A stretch of DNA of 64,000 nucleotides from Octopus sinensis (Eukaryota): NCBI RefSeq assembly GCF_006345805.1, contig NC_043005.1, positions 87,172,001 through 87,236,000 of the forward strand, in the 5' to 3' direction. The number at the start of each line of letters is the position of its first letter. Position 1 is the first letter of the stretch. The translations under genes and the position numbers were made by a program. Shown here in pieces: positions 40,206 to 52,418 of this stretch. The notes under the pieces were generated by a model. It saw only the letters and a list, made by a program, of their open reading frames with translations, searched no databases and had not been told where the DNA came from.

Positions 40206-41049
40206 AGTGGCTTTCCTAGACTAGTTCTGTAATGTACCAAACAGGTGGCAGCACACGGTTGTGTGAGCACGTAGAGCTAATAGCAGTCTTCATGAGGCAG
40301 TGTACCGAGTGACATTGCTGTGTTTACTTCACAAGTTGTGGATTTTTTGTTTTTGTGACCATGTGTTTGCTGCAGTCGGGACAGGAATTTGGAACAAAGA
40401 TGAAGCTGAAGTTTTGTGTTTATATTGGGACCTCTGCAACAGAGGCATTGAGCACGCTCAAGCAAGCTTACGGTGACGAGGCAATGAATCGTAGTAGAAG
40501 CGATCTGGAAGACATGCTTCGAGCATCAACCCCGGATATGTGTAGAAAATTCTTCAGCATGTGGATGAGATTCGTCGGAAGAGCATCAATGACACTGCTG
40601 ATGTTGTTGATGTCATATGGGACGGTGCAGGCAATCCTAAAGTCTGAAATGAACACACAGCGTCTCTGCAAAGTTATTCCCCCGATTGCTGACCACTGAG
40701 TAGAAAGAATATGCCATCAAAATTTATCAAGATCTCCGCAGATGACCCTACCTTTATGTTCAGGTTCATCACAGATGACGAGAGTTGCGTCTACGGCTAC
40801 GACCTTGAGACGAAGAAGCAGTCATCACAATGGAATAACCCTTCATCTCCACGACCGAAGAAGGCGCGATTGAGTCGCAGTTCAATTAAGAGTTGCGCCT
40901 CGTTTTCCTATAACCGCGGTATCGTGCATCGAAGATCGCTATATTCCTGTGCAAGGCGACCATTTCGAAGAAGATGATGTTAAATCTTAGGTAAATAAGT
41001 TATTTTTTGTTAAGCATAACTAATTCGGGAACTTTTTGATACCAAATTA
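40206..41049 (+). mobile_element. Decayed mariner transposon with internal deletions
   Basis: KFCVYIGTSATEALSTLKQAYGDEAM, SYGTVQAIL, FMFRFITDDESCVYGYDLETKKQSSQW, end YIPVQGDHFEED. Right TIR-like aattcgggaactttttgatacc followed by TA. Confidence 0.88.
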
Positions 41050-41286
41050 TATATATATACATACCTGAATACATACATACATATATATATATATGCATGT
41101 ATGTGTATATATATTCATATACATACATACAAATATATATATGCATGTATATGTATATATGCATATATATGTATTCATATATGTTTATATGTATTATATA
41201 TATATATGTATATATGTATATGTATATATGTATATATATGTATATATATATGTATATATATATATATATAATATATATATATATGT

Positions 41287-41358
<72 letters not shown>

Positions 41359-41375
41359 TATATATATATACATAC
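41050..41375. repeat. (TA)n/(TATG)n microsatellite
   Basis: Direct inspection. Confidence 0.95.
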
Positions 41376-42985
41376 ATTTGAAGAATACAAGTTGAAAATG
41401 CACTGAAAAAAGATAAAATATTTTTTATTTAAATATTTAAAGCCCTTAACCGGTTTCACAGTTTACACCGATTTTCAAACAATTCAAATAGAAAGAATTG
41501 GCTTATGTTGCAAATGTCTTCTTTCTGACTAATGTTTGAAGCTTGCCCTATTTTATAGAGATTTCATGGCTCAAATTAATATATATTTGGAATAGAATTT
41601 GATTGGTCGAGGATTGTGACATGACTGGTCTTAGAAAATTTTGTAGGTTCCCCTCTACGTCCGTGCGTTTGTACCAAGTGACAATGTTTGACGTCGTAAG
41701 TTAAGGCTGACATGGGTGACTAAACAAGTCCAAACAATCAACGCTCTGAATATTTTCTGTCAAGTATTTTTAGAGAATGAACACATGATTAAGTTTATAA
41801 CATTTTTACGTCTCCCACTACGTCCGTGTGTTACTGTCACGTGACAATATATTTTGTGCCTAAAAAGAAAGCCGACACGGTAGAGTGAACATGTTTAGTT
41901 ACAATCAAGGCACTCCAAATTTAATGTCTGATGTGTGTGTGGACATGTAGTCCAGTGGCTAAAGTTATAGTTGTCAGCTGTGTAGGTTCTTCCTGTTAAG
42001 TGACAGAATGAGTTTTGTGTGTGAATAGTTGTGTGTGGACTCTGTTAAAATTTGTTAAGTCTTGGTTTGTTCTTTGTGTGTAAGTATTTTTGTTTATCCG
42101 TGCTTCAACTGTGGTATTCGCCGAACAAAGGTAGAGTGGGAATTTGAGAGACTTAGTTTTCGCACATATGTCTATGTGACCACTCTGTGGGATCTGCCTA
42201 GAACTGGGGCCCCGTATTTACTATCGGTGTATGGTCAATCTATTTCTTCGAGTAAACTTTGTTTAACCTATGTAATCTTCATTACATCCTTGGTGTTTGA
42301 TTGCGTCTATTGAATTCCTTGAAGAACATGTAAAGTGATATTTTACAGTAAAACCTGCCCTGATTTGAATTTGTATGTTGTGTCTTCAATAAAGTTGATG
42401 CAGGTCCTGCAATTGGGGCGGCAGCACTTTTGGTGTAGGAATTGTGAAAGGTAATTTAGAACTTGTGAGGAATTTTTTGAGGGACTTTGTCTTTTACGTT
42501 TGATTAAATTGTGTATTTCGAATATTCGTTTCATTCTTGGGTCTTGTTTTAGTAGTGAGATGTTCTGGTGGATAATTTTGCAAACCTATGTGTTTCATGG
42601 GTTGTGTGCTAAAATAAAGGGTAGATTGTTGGATGTATCTGGAGCGTTCTTCGTTTTTCGTAGTTCTTCAATATTTATTGCTTAGGTACGTTCTATTCCG
42701 TTGTCTATTAGTATTAATGGATATTGTCTTTTAAGTAGTGCTTGTTTTAGTTCTAGGAGTCTTTTATTGCGAGTTTACGGGTTTGAGATAGTTGTGCACA
42801 CTCTTCTTGCTAGACTAAAAGGGATATTATTCTTCATGAATCTGAGTTAGTATGAGGAGAACAGCAACTATTGTATAGAATATGTTTGTTTGTAGTGAAT
42901 GTCTGTTTCAATGTTTTAATCTCTTATGATGATTAGTATATCCAATAATGGTAGATGAGTTTTACTGTATTCTATCTATCCTTAG
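41376..42985 (-). mobile_element. Penelope-like element relic (RT C-terminus, GIY-YIG endonuclease, 3' terminal region)
   Basis: Minus reading with stops: LPLLDILI, IETDIHYK, NIPFSLARRVCT, LKQALLKRQYP, CRPNCRTC, FTCSSRNSIDAIKHQGCNEDYIG*T, KPRLNKF* (stop near 42045). The 3' region runs into (TA)n and carries a decayed hammerhead-like motif at 41447-41481. Confidence 0.88.
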
Positions 42986-42989
42986 CGCG

Positions 42990-43590
42990 TGTTTTGAAGA
43001 GTGCAGTTCGATTTTAACAGTTACGTTTTTCAAAGTAATAACGGAAGTGACAAACGGACATATTTAGCATATTTTACTTTATGAGTTCAATGAAGGCAAC
43101 AACGCAACGCAAAGTACGAGGAATATTAAATACAGTATATTGGGATCGGATAATAAGTATAAGCCAGGGTCAACTGTGATTCCAGAAATTCCGAGCCGGA
43201 AACTACAGACTAGAAGACGAGCCTCGTCCTGGAATATCTGTAGAGCTTGATGAGGACGTCCTGCAAACCTTGGTGGAGCAAAGTCACATCGTAACTGCTG
43301 AGGAACCCGCAGAGAAGCTTGGATTTAGTCAATCAATCATTCATCAACATCTAAGTGCCATCGGAAAAGTTAGAAAGTTGAGTCAAAGGGTTCCTCATAA
43401 ACTTTCCGAGTTTAATCGGTCGCAGAAAGTGAATGTCTGCTATTCTTTGCTGTCCCATCGCAAGAATGAAACTTTTTTTGAGCAACTAGTGACTGGTGAC
43501 AAGAACTGGGTTCTCTATAAAAATGTCAAGCACCGAAGAAAGTGGGTAGGGAAAGGAGAAGCACCGGCAACCAGGACATATGCGTCCATA
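42990..43590 (+). mobile_element. Mariner transposase N-terminal half relic
   Basis: HILLYEFNEGNNA, FQKFRAGNYRLEDEPRPG, AEKLGFSQSIIHQHL, RVPHKLSE, LVTGDKNWVLYKN. Confidence 0.88.
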
Positions 43591-43999
43591 ATTGACCGTG
43601 GACAGTTTGATTTCGTTATTTTTCTTCGTTTTTTTGCCGTATAATGAGTTACAAATACTGTTGTCGATGGAGACATATTTTTGTAGTAAAAGAAATAACA
43701 GCCCTCTGGCTGCTATTTCTAATACTTTCGGTATGTGGTCTAGCAACTTGTTGCAAAGACCATCATTGTTATAATTAGATATAATTTTACCGAATATGAT
43801 CCTTTTTCATACCGAAATACTACTTGATGAAATTAGTTGATTTTATTAAATTAATTATAGTTCACCCTTTATCTGTACTGACTATATATATAATATATAT
43901 ATATATATATTATATATATATACAGATCAATATAGACATATATATAAATCCACATATATATATATGTATGTATATATATAGATATATATGTATATATAT

Positions 44000-44197
44000 A
44001 GTCGCCATGATAGATCGTTAGCCACTACACACATTTTTTCTCTCATTGTTTCTCTCCTTGTTTTTTTCTGTGTACCTTTCTGTAGAAGAGCGTAGGGTCG
44101 AAACGTAAGATACATTTTCTATTCCTGAGCGTTATACTAATACATCTGTTTGTTTTGTACACCACCTGTCTTCGTCTTTGTTTTTTTCGTAAACTTT

Positions 44198-44200
<3 letters not shown>
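44000..44200 (+). mobile_element. Short TA-flanked element (family D-like subfamily) with decayed hammerhead motif
   Basis: ctttctgtagaagagcgtagggtcgaaacgtaaga..ttcctgagcg parallels family D. (TA)n on both sides. Confidence 0.6.
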
Positions 44201-44231
<31 letters not shown>

Positions 44232-44401
44232 ATGTATACGCATACATTTATGTGTGTATAATTCACAAACATATACATATTAATATACATATATATATAT
44301 ATATATATTATATATTATATATATATATATATATAATATATATATATATATTATATGGATGTATACGCATACATTCATATGTGAATATAAATTCAAAAAA
44401 A

Positions 44402-44432
<31 letters not shown>

Positions 44433-44461
44433 ATAGAGAGAGAGAGAGAGAGATAGCTAGG

Positions 44462-44538
<77 letters not shown>

Positions 44539-44550
44539 GATGTATATGCA
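44200..44550. repeat. (TA)n/(GA)n/(AGAT)n microsatellites
   Basis: Direct inspection. Confidence 0.95.
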
Positions 44551-45435
44551 CACATTTATATGTGTATATCAAATCACAAACATTTGTATCTGCTAACTTT
44601 AAGTATTTATTATATGTCTACACTATAATCAGGCGTGCAAGTAACATACGAATATTCTCAGCGAGATCTTAATATAAAGCAACTCAAAATCCTGCATAAA
44701 ACTTAATATTTTATGTATTCAAAGTGACAGCTTAATACATTCAAGCATATATATGTGTGTGTGCTTATGTGTGTATTTATATATATTAATTTGTCTGTTA
44801 TTCTTATATATGCATGTATACATGCTTATATACATTGTGTATAAGCGTATGCGTGTAGGACTACGTTTCCACTATTGGAATCTTTCTACTCCTTGTGTAT
44901 ATCCGCTGTCAAAATTTGAATACCCTTCCAGTAATATATGAATCTAGTAATCCATTTGATTTTGGACTTTCACCTTCTGTTGTGACTTTTGATGTATTTC
45001 AACGGGGAACCACTGAGCATGCGTGAGCAGAAATCAAGGCAAACTGAAAAGGCTTGACTACATACTTTGCAGTTTCCCTTATTTTACTTTCAAATAAAAA
45101 TGTAAGAATCCCTTAATGCTGACAGCTCTCTTAATTCCCTTTCAGTGATTCAATATGGCGATGTCTTACAATGTTATTTCCTCACTTTTTTTCTGTAGTT
45201 GTTTTATTAGGTTGTTTAATTTTTGTATTGTTCATGAACTACTGAAGCAGCGAAGTCAGTAATATTTTGTACATATCGTTTTGAGTTATGATGCTACCTC
45301 TAACATGAGTTCAAATTCTCTTGTTCCACTTCGACTTTCTTTCATCCTGGATAACTAAAAGTAAGTTGCAGTAAATATTACTCTTTTAGTCTTTTACTTG
45401 TTTCAGTCATTTCGTAATAATAATAATGATATTAA

Positions 45436-45835
45436 GGCGGCGTGCTGGCAGAAACGTTAGCAAGCCGGACGAAATGCTTAGCAGTATTTCGTCTGTCTTT
45501 ATGCTCTCAGTTCAAATTATGCCGAGGTCGACTTTGCCTTTCATCATTTCAGGGTCGATAAATCAAGTGTCAGTTGTGTACTGGAGTCCATCTAATCCAC
45601 TTGCCCGACCCCCAAAATTTCGGGCCTTGTGCCAAGGGTAGAAAGGAATATTAAGGCGGCAAGCTAGCAGAAACTTTACATCGACACCGGAACTCAACTG
45701 GTATGTATTTTATCGACCCCGAAAGAATGAAAGGCATAGAGGACCTCGACGCGATTTGAACTCAGAATGGAAAGATGGACGAAAATGCCGCTAAACATAT
45801 TGCCGGTTTCCGAGCGTTTCTGCCATCTCGACGCC
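45436..45835. mobile_element. SINE family A cluster: plus copy 45436-45647, head stub 45655-45673, minus copy 45676-45835
   Basis: Family A head and body sequences on both strands. atattaa precedes both plus-strand heads. Confidence 0.87.
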
Positions 45836-46039
45836 TTAGAAGAGTAAATAATAAAATTAACAATAAATTTGGTAGAAATAAGAATAGAAGAACCAGCATA
45901 AGGCAAGTCAAAATGGTCGACAAGAGCCAAGACATGAATAACAGCAACACCATTGGAACGATGGAAGGGCAACATTTCACATTATACTTACTGGACGATA
46001 GGATTATCCGAAAGAATACGTAGCTACCGTACTAATTAT

Positions 46040-46221
46040 GATTATATATATATATATTTATGTGTGTGTGTATGCATATATTTATATATGTATATATATA
46101 CATATATATATATATATATTATATATATATATATATATATTATATATATGTATATATATATACATATATAAATATATGCATATATTATATATATATATAT
46201 ATATATATAATATAATTATAT

Positions 46222-46252
<31 letters not shown>

Positions 46253-46267
46253 CATGCATACATATAA

Positions 46268-46319
<52 letters not shown>

Positions 46320-46322
46320 TAT

Positions 46323-46403
<81 letters not shown>

Positions 46404-46420
46404 GTATATACACATACATA
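46040..46420. repeat. (TA)n/(TACA)n microsatellite region
   Basis: Direct inspection. Confidence 0.95.
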
Positions 46421-46649
46421 CAGCTGCTAGAAAAGGTAGAAATCATACTACTGGTGCCAAGCGAAATAATTATGCTACGAAGAGGAACCAAAATTCCAAC
46501 GGAAATGATGCTTTCGAAAGAGTTCATTTTAAGAGCAATTGTATAACTTAGTCAAATAATTGAAACAATAACAGAAAGAAAAGTGGTCATTCCAACAAGT
46601 TTAGCAATAACAATAATCATCGTGAGAACTGTATCTACCGTTCTCTTAT

Positions 46650-47067
46650 TCTTTTAGTTGTTTCAGTCACTTGACTGCAGCCATGTTGGAGTACCGCCTT
46701 TAGTCGAACAAATCGAACACCAGGACTTATTACTTGTAAGACTAGTACTTGTTCTATATGTGTCTTTTGCCAAACCGCTAAGTTAAGGGGACGTAAACAA
46801 ACCAGCGTCAGTTGTCATTTGATGGTGCGGGGACAAACACAGAAACGCAAATATACACACATACACACGCACACACAAAAACGTATGTATATATATATGT
46901 ATACGACGGGTCTCTCTCAGTGTCCGTCTACCAAATCCATTCACAAGATTTTCGTCGGCCCGACACTATAACAGAATATTATTGACCAAGGTGCCACGCA
47001 GTGACACTGAACCCGGGATCATGATGTTGGTAACCAAGCTACTTACCACACACCCACGCCTGCGCCT
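46650..47067 (-). mobile_element. SINE family B, full length
   Basis: Tail gtttcagtcacttgactgcagccatg through head cttaccacacacccacgcctgcgcc. Confidence 0.92.
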
Positions 47068-47265
47068 ATAGACACAAGACCTGAAAATATGGGTGAAAAG
47101 AGTGATCGATCACATCGACCCCAGTTCATGAATTTTGGAAGAGGGAGCCTTGCAAGTCTATCAGATAGATAGAAGACATTGTAGAAAATGAAGTTAAGTA
47201 TATTTCAGCTTAAAAAAGAACATTGGCTATCTTCATTTTGAAAAATAATAGAAGTATAAAAAAAC

Positions 47266-48790
47266 TGCCAAGCCAAGCAAGCCATAGCGCTGACTGTGTT
47301 GTCGTAGCCTTGGACAGTCAGCCCTATGGCGCCCAGAGCTCTGATGATCCTCAGCCGCTTTGGTGGACATTCGATTTTTTGGAGCAAGATGAAGAGGCCT
47401 TTTCTACTTACCAAGTCAAAGGCCTCTGTCCGATCAATGAAAGCCATATATAACGGCATTTTCTGCTCTCTGGACTTCTCCTGAAGTTGGCGTATGGAGA
47501 ATATCATGTCAATAGTTGATCTGCTTCTTCTAAAGCCACAATGCGATTCTGGATAAATTCGAGAAGCAAGCAGTTGTAGCCTGGACAGGATAATGTGAGC
47601 AAAGGCCTTTCCAACAGTGCTTAGAAGAGATATTCCACGGCAATTGTTACAATCACCACGGTCACCTTTGTTTTTGTAAAGCGTTATGATGTTAGCATCC
47701 CGCATATCTTGAGGGACTGTATCCCCTTCCCAGCACTGACACCGAAGCTCACGAAGGTGCCGAAGCAGGCTGGTGTTTTCGCCGGTTTTGATGATCTCTA
47801 AGAGGATGCCCTCTTTTCCCGGAGCCTTGTTACTTGCTAGAGAGTCAATAGCCTTGGTGAGCTCTGCTATAGATGGCAGACTGTCAAGTTCATACGTGAC
47901 TGGCAAGATCTTGACACCCTCGATTGCAGCCTCAACTACCGCGGTCTCCCGTGAGTACAGATCCTGGTAGTTCTCCACCCATGTATCCATTTGCTTGCTT
48001 TGGTCCTTGATGAGATCTCCAGTAGTTGATTTCAGAGGGGCTGACTTGGTTGCGGATGGACCGAGCGCCTTTTTCAAACTGGCATACATCCCACGGGTGT
48101 CGCCACTGTCAGCAGCTGACTTGATACTCTGACAGATTTCCTGCCAATACCTATTTGCACAGCCTCTAGCAGTCAGTTGGGTTTTATTTCTTGCCTTTCT
48201 GAGTTATTCGAGTGACACTGTAGAAGAATCCCTCTTGTGTTGCATCAGAGCTGTACTCTTTGCTTCGATAACTGTTTCCAGCTTTGAGAGCCCAGCACTG
48301 AACAAAATCTGGGTTTTGCCTTTCTTTCATGCCGAATGTATCGATTGATGTGGTATATAAAGCTTCCCTGATATAATTTCACCTACTTTCAGCAGAGGAG
48401 GCTACTGAGGGCAACCTTGATAGAAACAGCAAAACATTCTCGCAGTGTAGGGTCCGAGGTTCTGCCAGTGTTAATGCGTGGTCGGTCCATTTTCTTGGAG
48501 TGATGGACTTTTTTAGGCAGAATCCTCACCCTGCTTCTTATTAGTGAATGATGTATGTCACAATCCACGCTGTGGAAACAACGGGTCAGTTGAACAGAAT
48601 TCAGAAAGGATCTTTGTGTAATAATGAGATCCAGCTCATACCAGTGGTAAGATCTCGGATGTCCCCAAGAGGCTTTGTGCGATGTCTTGTTGGCAAAGAA
48701 TGTCTTGGTGATGCACAGGTTATGGTATGTGCAAAATTCAAGTAGTCTCTGACCATTGTCATTCATGTTGCCAATACCAAAAGACATACA
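47266..48790 (-). mobile_element. RTE-clade LINE relic (APE endonuclease end and RT N-terminal half, joined to the 3' terminus)
   Basis: FGIGNMNDNGQRLLEFC..SWGHPRSYHWYELDLII; ORF 47205-48089 contains KAPGKEG, DANIITLYKNKGDRGDCNNCRGISLLSTVGK, PESHCGFRRSRSTIDMIF, YMAFID..AFDLV. Homology stops near 47340, before the YADD motif. Confidence 0.93.
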
Positions 48791-48866
48791 CTTACATACA
48801 TACATATATATACGATTGATTTATTTCAGTTCCTGTCCACGAAATCCACACGCACACACGCACACG

Positions 48867-48933
<67 letters not shown>

Positions 48934-49022
48934 ATACACACAGACACACAAAGATAAATTGATAGATACAACTGAGTGGGCAAACAAAAATATGAGACAC
49001 TGCATAGTGCTTTTTTTATATT

Positions 49023-49143
49023 TTTATAAGCCTGGTACTTATTCTATCAGTTTCTTCTTCTGAAACCAGTGTGTTATGGGGATGTAAATAAACGAACACC
49101 AGTTGTGAAGCAGTGATTAGGGAGAAAGACAATGACACACACA
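49023..49143 (-). mobile_element. SINE family B internal fragment
   Basis: aagcctggtacttattctatc..ttatggggatgtaaa..caccagttgt.aagc. Confidence 0.75.
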
Positions 49144-49150
49144 TAGACTT

Positions 49151-49360
49151 ACTCTTTTACTCTTGTTTCAGTCATTTGACTGTGGCCATGCTGGAGCATC
49201 GCTTTAATCGAGCAAATTGACCGCAGGACTTATTCTTTGTAAGCCTAGTACTTATTCTATCGGTCTCTTTTGCCGAACTGCTAAGTTACGGGGACGTAAC
49301 ACCAGCATCGGTTGTCAAGCGATGTTGGGAGGACAAACACAGACACACAAACATATATAC

Positions 49361-49403
<43 letters not shown>

Positions 49404-49570
49404 ATATATGACGGGCTTCTTTTAGTTTCCGTCTACCAAATCCACTCACACGGCTCTGGTCGGCCCGAGGTTATAGTAGAAGACACTTGCGCAAGTTGCC
49501 ACGCAGTGGGACTGAAACCGGAACCATGTGGTTAGTAAGCAAGCTATTTACCACGCAGCCACTCCTACGC
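49151..49570 (-). mobile_element. SINE family B, full length
   Basis: Complete tail to head ccacgcagccactcctacgcc. B-box rc ggtttcagtcccac. Confidence 0.94.
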
Positions 49571-49609
49571 CTACTTACATATATTCATACATATAAATAC
49601 AATTGATTT

Positions 49610-49758
49610 CAGTTTCTGTCTACAAAATCCACTGACAAGGCTTTGGTTGGTCTGCGGCTATAGCAGAAGACACATGCCAACTTCCCACAGAGTGGGACTG
49701 AACTGAGGACCATGTGTTTTGGAACCAAGTTTGTTACCACACAGCCACACCTGCACCT
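49610..49758 (-). mobile_element. SINE family B head fragment
   Basis: ttcagtttctgtctacaaaatccac..gtgggactgaac..ttaccacacagccacacctgcacc. Confidence 0.87.
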
Positions 49759-49960
49759 ATGTATATATGTGTGTGTTTTGGATCGGTGTGTGTGTGTATG
49801 GGTGTATATGTGTATGCATGTATATATATGTATATATATGTGTACATATTACATCTACATCTATATATACATCTAGACATACATGTTTACATATACATGT
49901 ATATCTATAGAAATACATCTATACGTATACATGTATACATATACATATATATATAAATAT

Positions 49961-49992
<32 letters not shown>

Positions 49993-50224
49993 ATGCATGC
50001 ATATTTACATACAATAGAGAGATGCTTTTGTTTCACTTTTAACACGTAATATTGAAGTAGTGGAGAAGATGTGATATTGCTGTGGGCTCGACCTAGGCAA
50101 GACGTTAAACATTTTTTTGCCCATGACACTACATGGACCCTAAGAAAGGCATGTGTAAAATTTGAATGAAATTGGTTGCGTAGTGGTCAAGTTTTAGGGA
50201 TTCACACAAACAGAGAGACAGACA

Positions 50225-50302
50225 GATAGACACACATTCTCAGTTTTATATATATATGTAGATATATATAAATATAAATATATATTATATATATAGTATA
50301 AC

Positions 50303-50355
<53 letters not shown>

Positions 50356-50399
50356 ATATATATAGATATAATATATATGTATGTATGTATATATATATA

Positions 50400-50462
<63 letters not shown>
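50225..50462. repeat. (TA)n microsatellite
   Basis: Direct inspection. Confidence 0.95.
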
Positions 50463-50463
<1 letters not shown>

Positions 50464-50864
50464 TTAATGGCATGATAACTAGGTTCTGATTCTCGAGGTA
50501 TTCTAAATAATTTTAATTAATCTTCTGTTTAATTTATTACTGGAAAAAAAACTTTTTTCATCTATTTAGAAAAACTGTCTGTCTGTATCTGAGTGTCCGA
50601 GTGAGTGGGAGAGCATGATGGATAATTTTACTAGGAAGTCGCACGTAATTGATTGTCGGCGTGAATCGTTGACACTTAAATCTAGATAACACCATACGAA
50701 TTTGAAATTATATATAGACATTACATTGCACAGTCAGCCTCCTAAATTACAGCAGAGCAGACACTCGCTATTACTAGAGGTAAGGGACTGCAGACAGAAA
50801 AATATCTGGCGTCATCTATTTATCTAACATTTATCTGCTCAATTATTCATCTAACTTAACTGAT

Positions 50865-50975
50865 GCGCTGTTCATTGACAAAACTTCGTGCTGTATCACC
50901 TTTGTGAAATTTTGTCAGTGAACAGGTTGCGGTTTCAAAGCGAATAAAATAGTTTAACACAAATGAAGTTTTAAT
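50865..50975 (+). mobile_element. Diverged member of the 56700-56920 family with a local hairpin
   Basis: ttttgtcagtgaacaggttgcggtttcaaagcgaa matches rc of 56740-56788. ctgttcattgacaaaa and ttttgtcagtgaacag form an inverted repeat. Confidence 0.65.
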
Positions 50976-51361
50976 ATTGAGTCAAAAATCTCGAAACATC
51001 GATGTTTGAGATTCCCGAGAGAGGGCGACACTGAACGAACTGGGTGTTTCCTCACCTTTTTACCATAAGAAAAATTTTTCTCCATGGTAACTGTAGTGTA
51101 CTTGCCTTTAGCTGTTGAAATATGTGACAAGCACATTTTAACTTACCTAAATTGTAATTATACGTAAACACTACTTTGCGCCATCACTCCGATGTGTGTG
51201 TGTCTGTGTCTGTGTCTGTGTCTGTGTTGTGTGTGTGTGTGCGTGTGTGTATGGGGTTTCACAAGAATTTAAATTTGGTTTTTTGGTGTGAAATAAAAGT
51301 CATTTTTCCCATACAAAGAATGAACTTTAATCAATTATATATTTTCCATTTTGTTCGATGA

Positions 51362-51570
51362 CCTGAGCTGGAAGAATCGTTAACACACTAGACAAAATGT
51401 GTAGCAGCGTCTCTTCCGGTTTTACATTCCACCGGGGTGGACTTTTCCTTTCAAACTTTCGCGGCCGATAAAATAATTACTAGTTGAGCACTGAGAGCGA
51501 TGTAATCTACTTACCCTTCTCCCGCCACAATTTCAGGCCTTGTGCCTACATCAGAAAGGATTATTACACT
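51362..51570 (+). mobile_element. SINE family A, diverged
   Basis: gagctggaagaatcgttaac..gatgtaatc..aatttcaggccttgtgcc..agaaaggattatt. Confidence 0.78.
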
Positions 51571-51666
51571 ATTAAACTCTTTTAATGGTGTGTGGTATTA
51601 TCAACTGTTCTAGCCGTGTCTTCTCCGCTATTTATTTCTTTTAACGATATTCTTTTTTTCTCTTTT

Positions 51667-52418
51667 TACTCTTTTACTTGTTTCAGTAATTTGACTGTGG
51701 CCCTGCTGGAGCACCGCTAAGTTACGGGCACGTAAATACACCAGGATCAGTTGTCAAGCGATGTTAGGAGTACAGACACCGACACACAAACACGTATATA
51801 TATATATATATATATACAGGCAAAGAAAACTTATAAAAAGGCAGAATGCTAAGTTGAAGGTAAATTTTAATGAAAATGGGTGTATGGAAAATTTTTAAAA
51901 AATATATATATTAATCGAAACCGGTTTTCGTCGCACTGCGATTTTCAAGAATTGTAAGGTGAAAATAATTTTTTTTTAATAATTGAGGAGGGGGAAAAAG
52001 AAAATGACGTTGTTTTTTGCAAAAAAATAATAATAAACATATACAAAAATTTAAAAAATAGATACATCGATACGTTGTAAAGTCTTTGTGTATCTCGAGT
52101 TCAAAGATAGTTCTTGGAAATTTTACCTTGGAGGATTAAGATCCATGTGATTAAATCCATGTGGTATTTAATTAAGGATGTTTGTTAAATGAATGTCAAA
52201 ACAGGAAATATATATATATTATATATATATAATATATATAATATCTATATATATATATATATACAACAGGCTCCTTTCGGTTTCCGTCTACCAAATCCAC
52301 TCTCAAGGTTTTAGTCGGCCCGAGGCTATAGTAAAAGGCACTTGCCCAAGGTGCCACGCAATAACGGAACCATGTGGTTCGTAAGCAAGCTGCTTCCCAC
52401 ACAGCCACTCGTACGCCT
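51667..52418 (-). mobile_element. SINE family B split by an insertion in its internal TA tract
   Basis: Tail at 51667-51795, head at 52262-52418, foreign sequence at 51815-52205. Confidence 0.88.
51815..52205 (-). mobile_element. TA-inserted AT-rich element with decayed hammerhead-like motif, probably Penelope-like
   Basis: rc ttgaaaa-tcgcagtgcgac-gaaaaccggtt at 51915-51950, similar in layout to 41447-41481 and 56115-56160. Confidence 0.55.

Noticed and set aside
43700-43770. Hairpin tggtctagcaacttgttgcaaagacca with nearby CCGAAAG and ATGATG on the minus strand
   Set aside because: The core and helix III do not fit a hammerhead, so it is left unclassified.
50987-51013. Palindrome aatctcgaaacatcgatgtttgagatt containing GAAAC
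   Set aside because: There is no upstream core, and the palindrome is short enough to be incidental.
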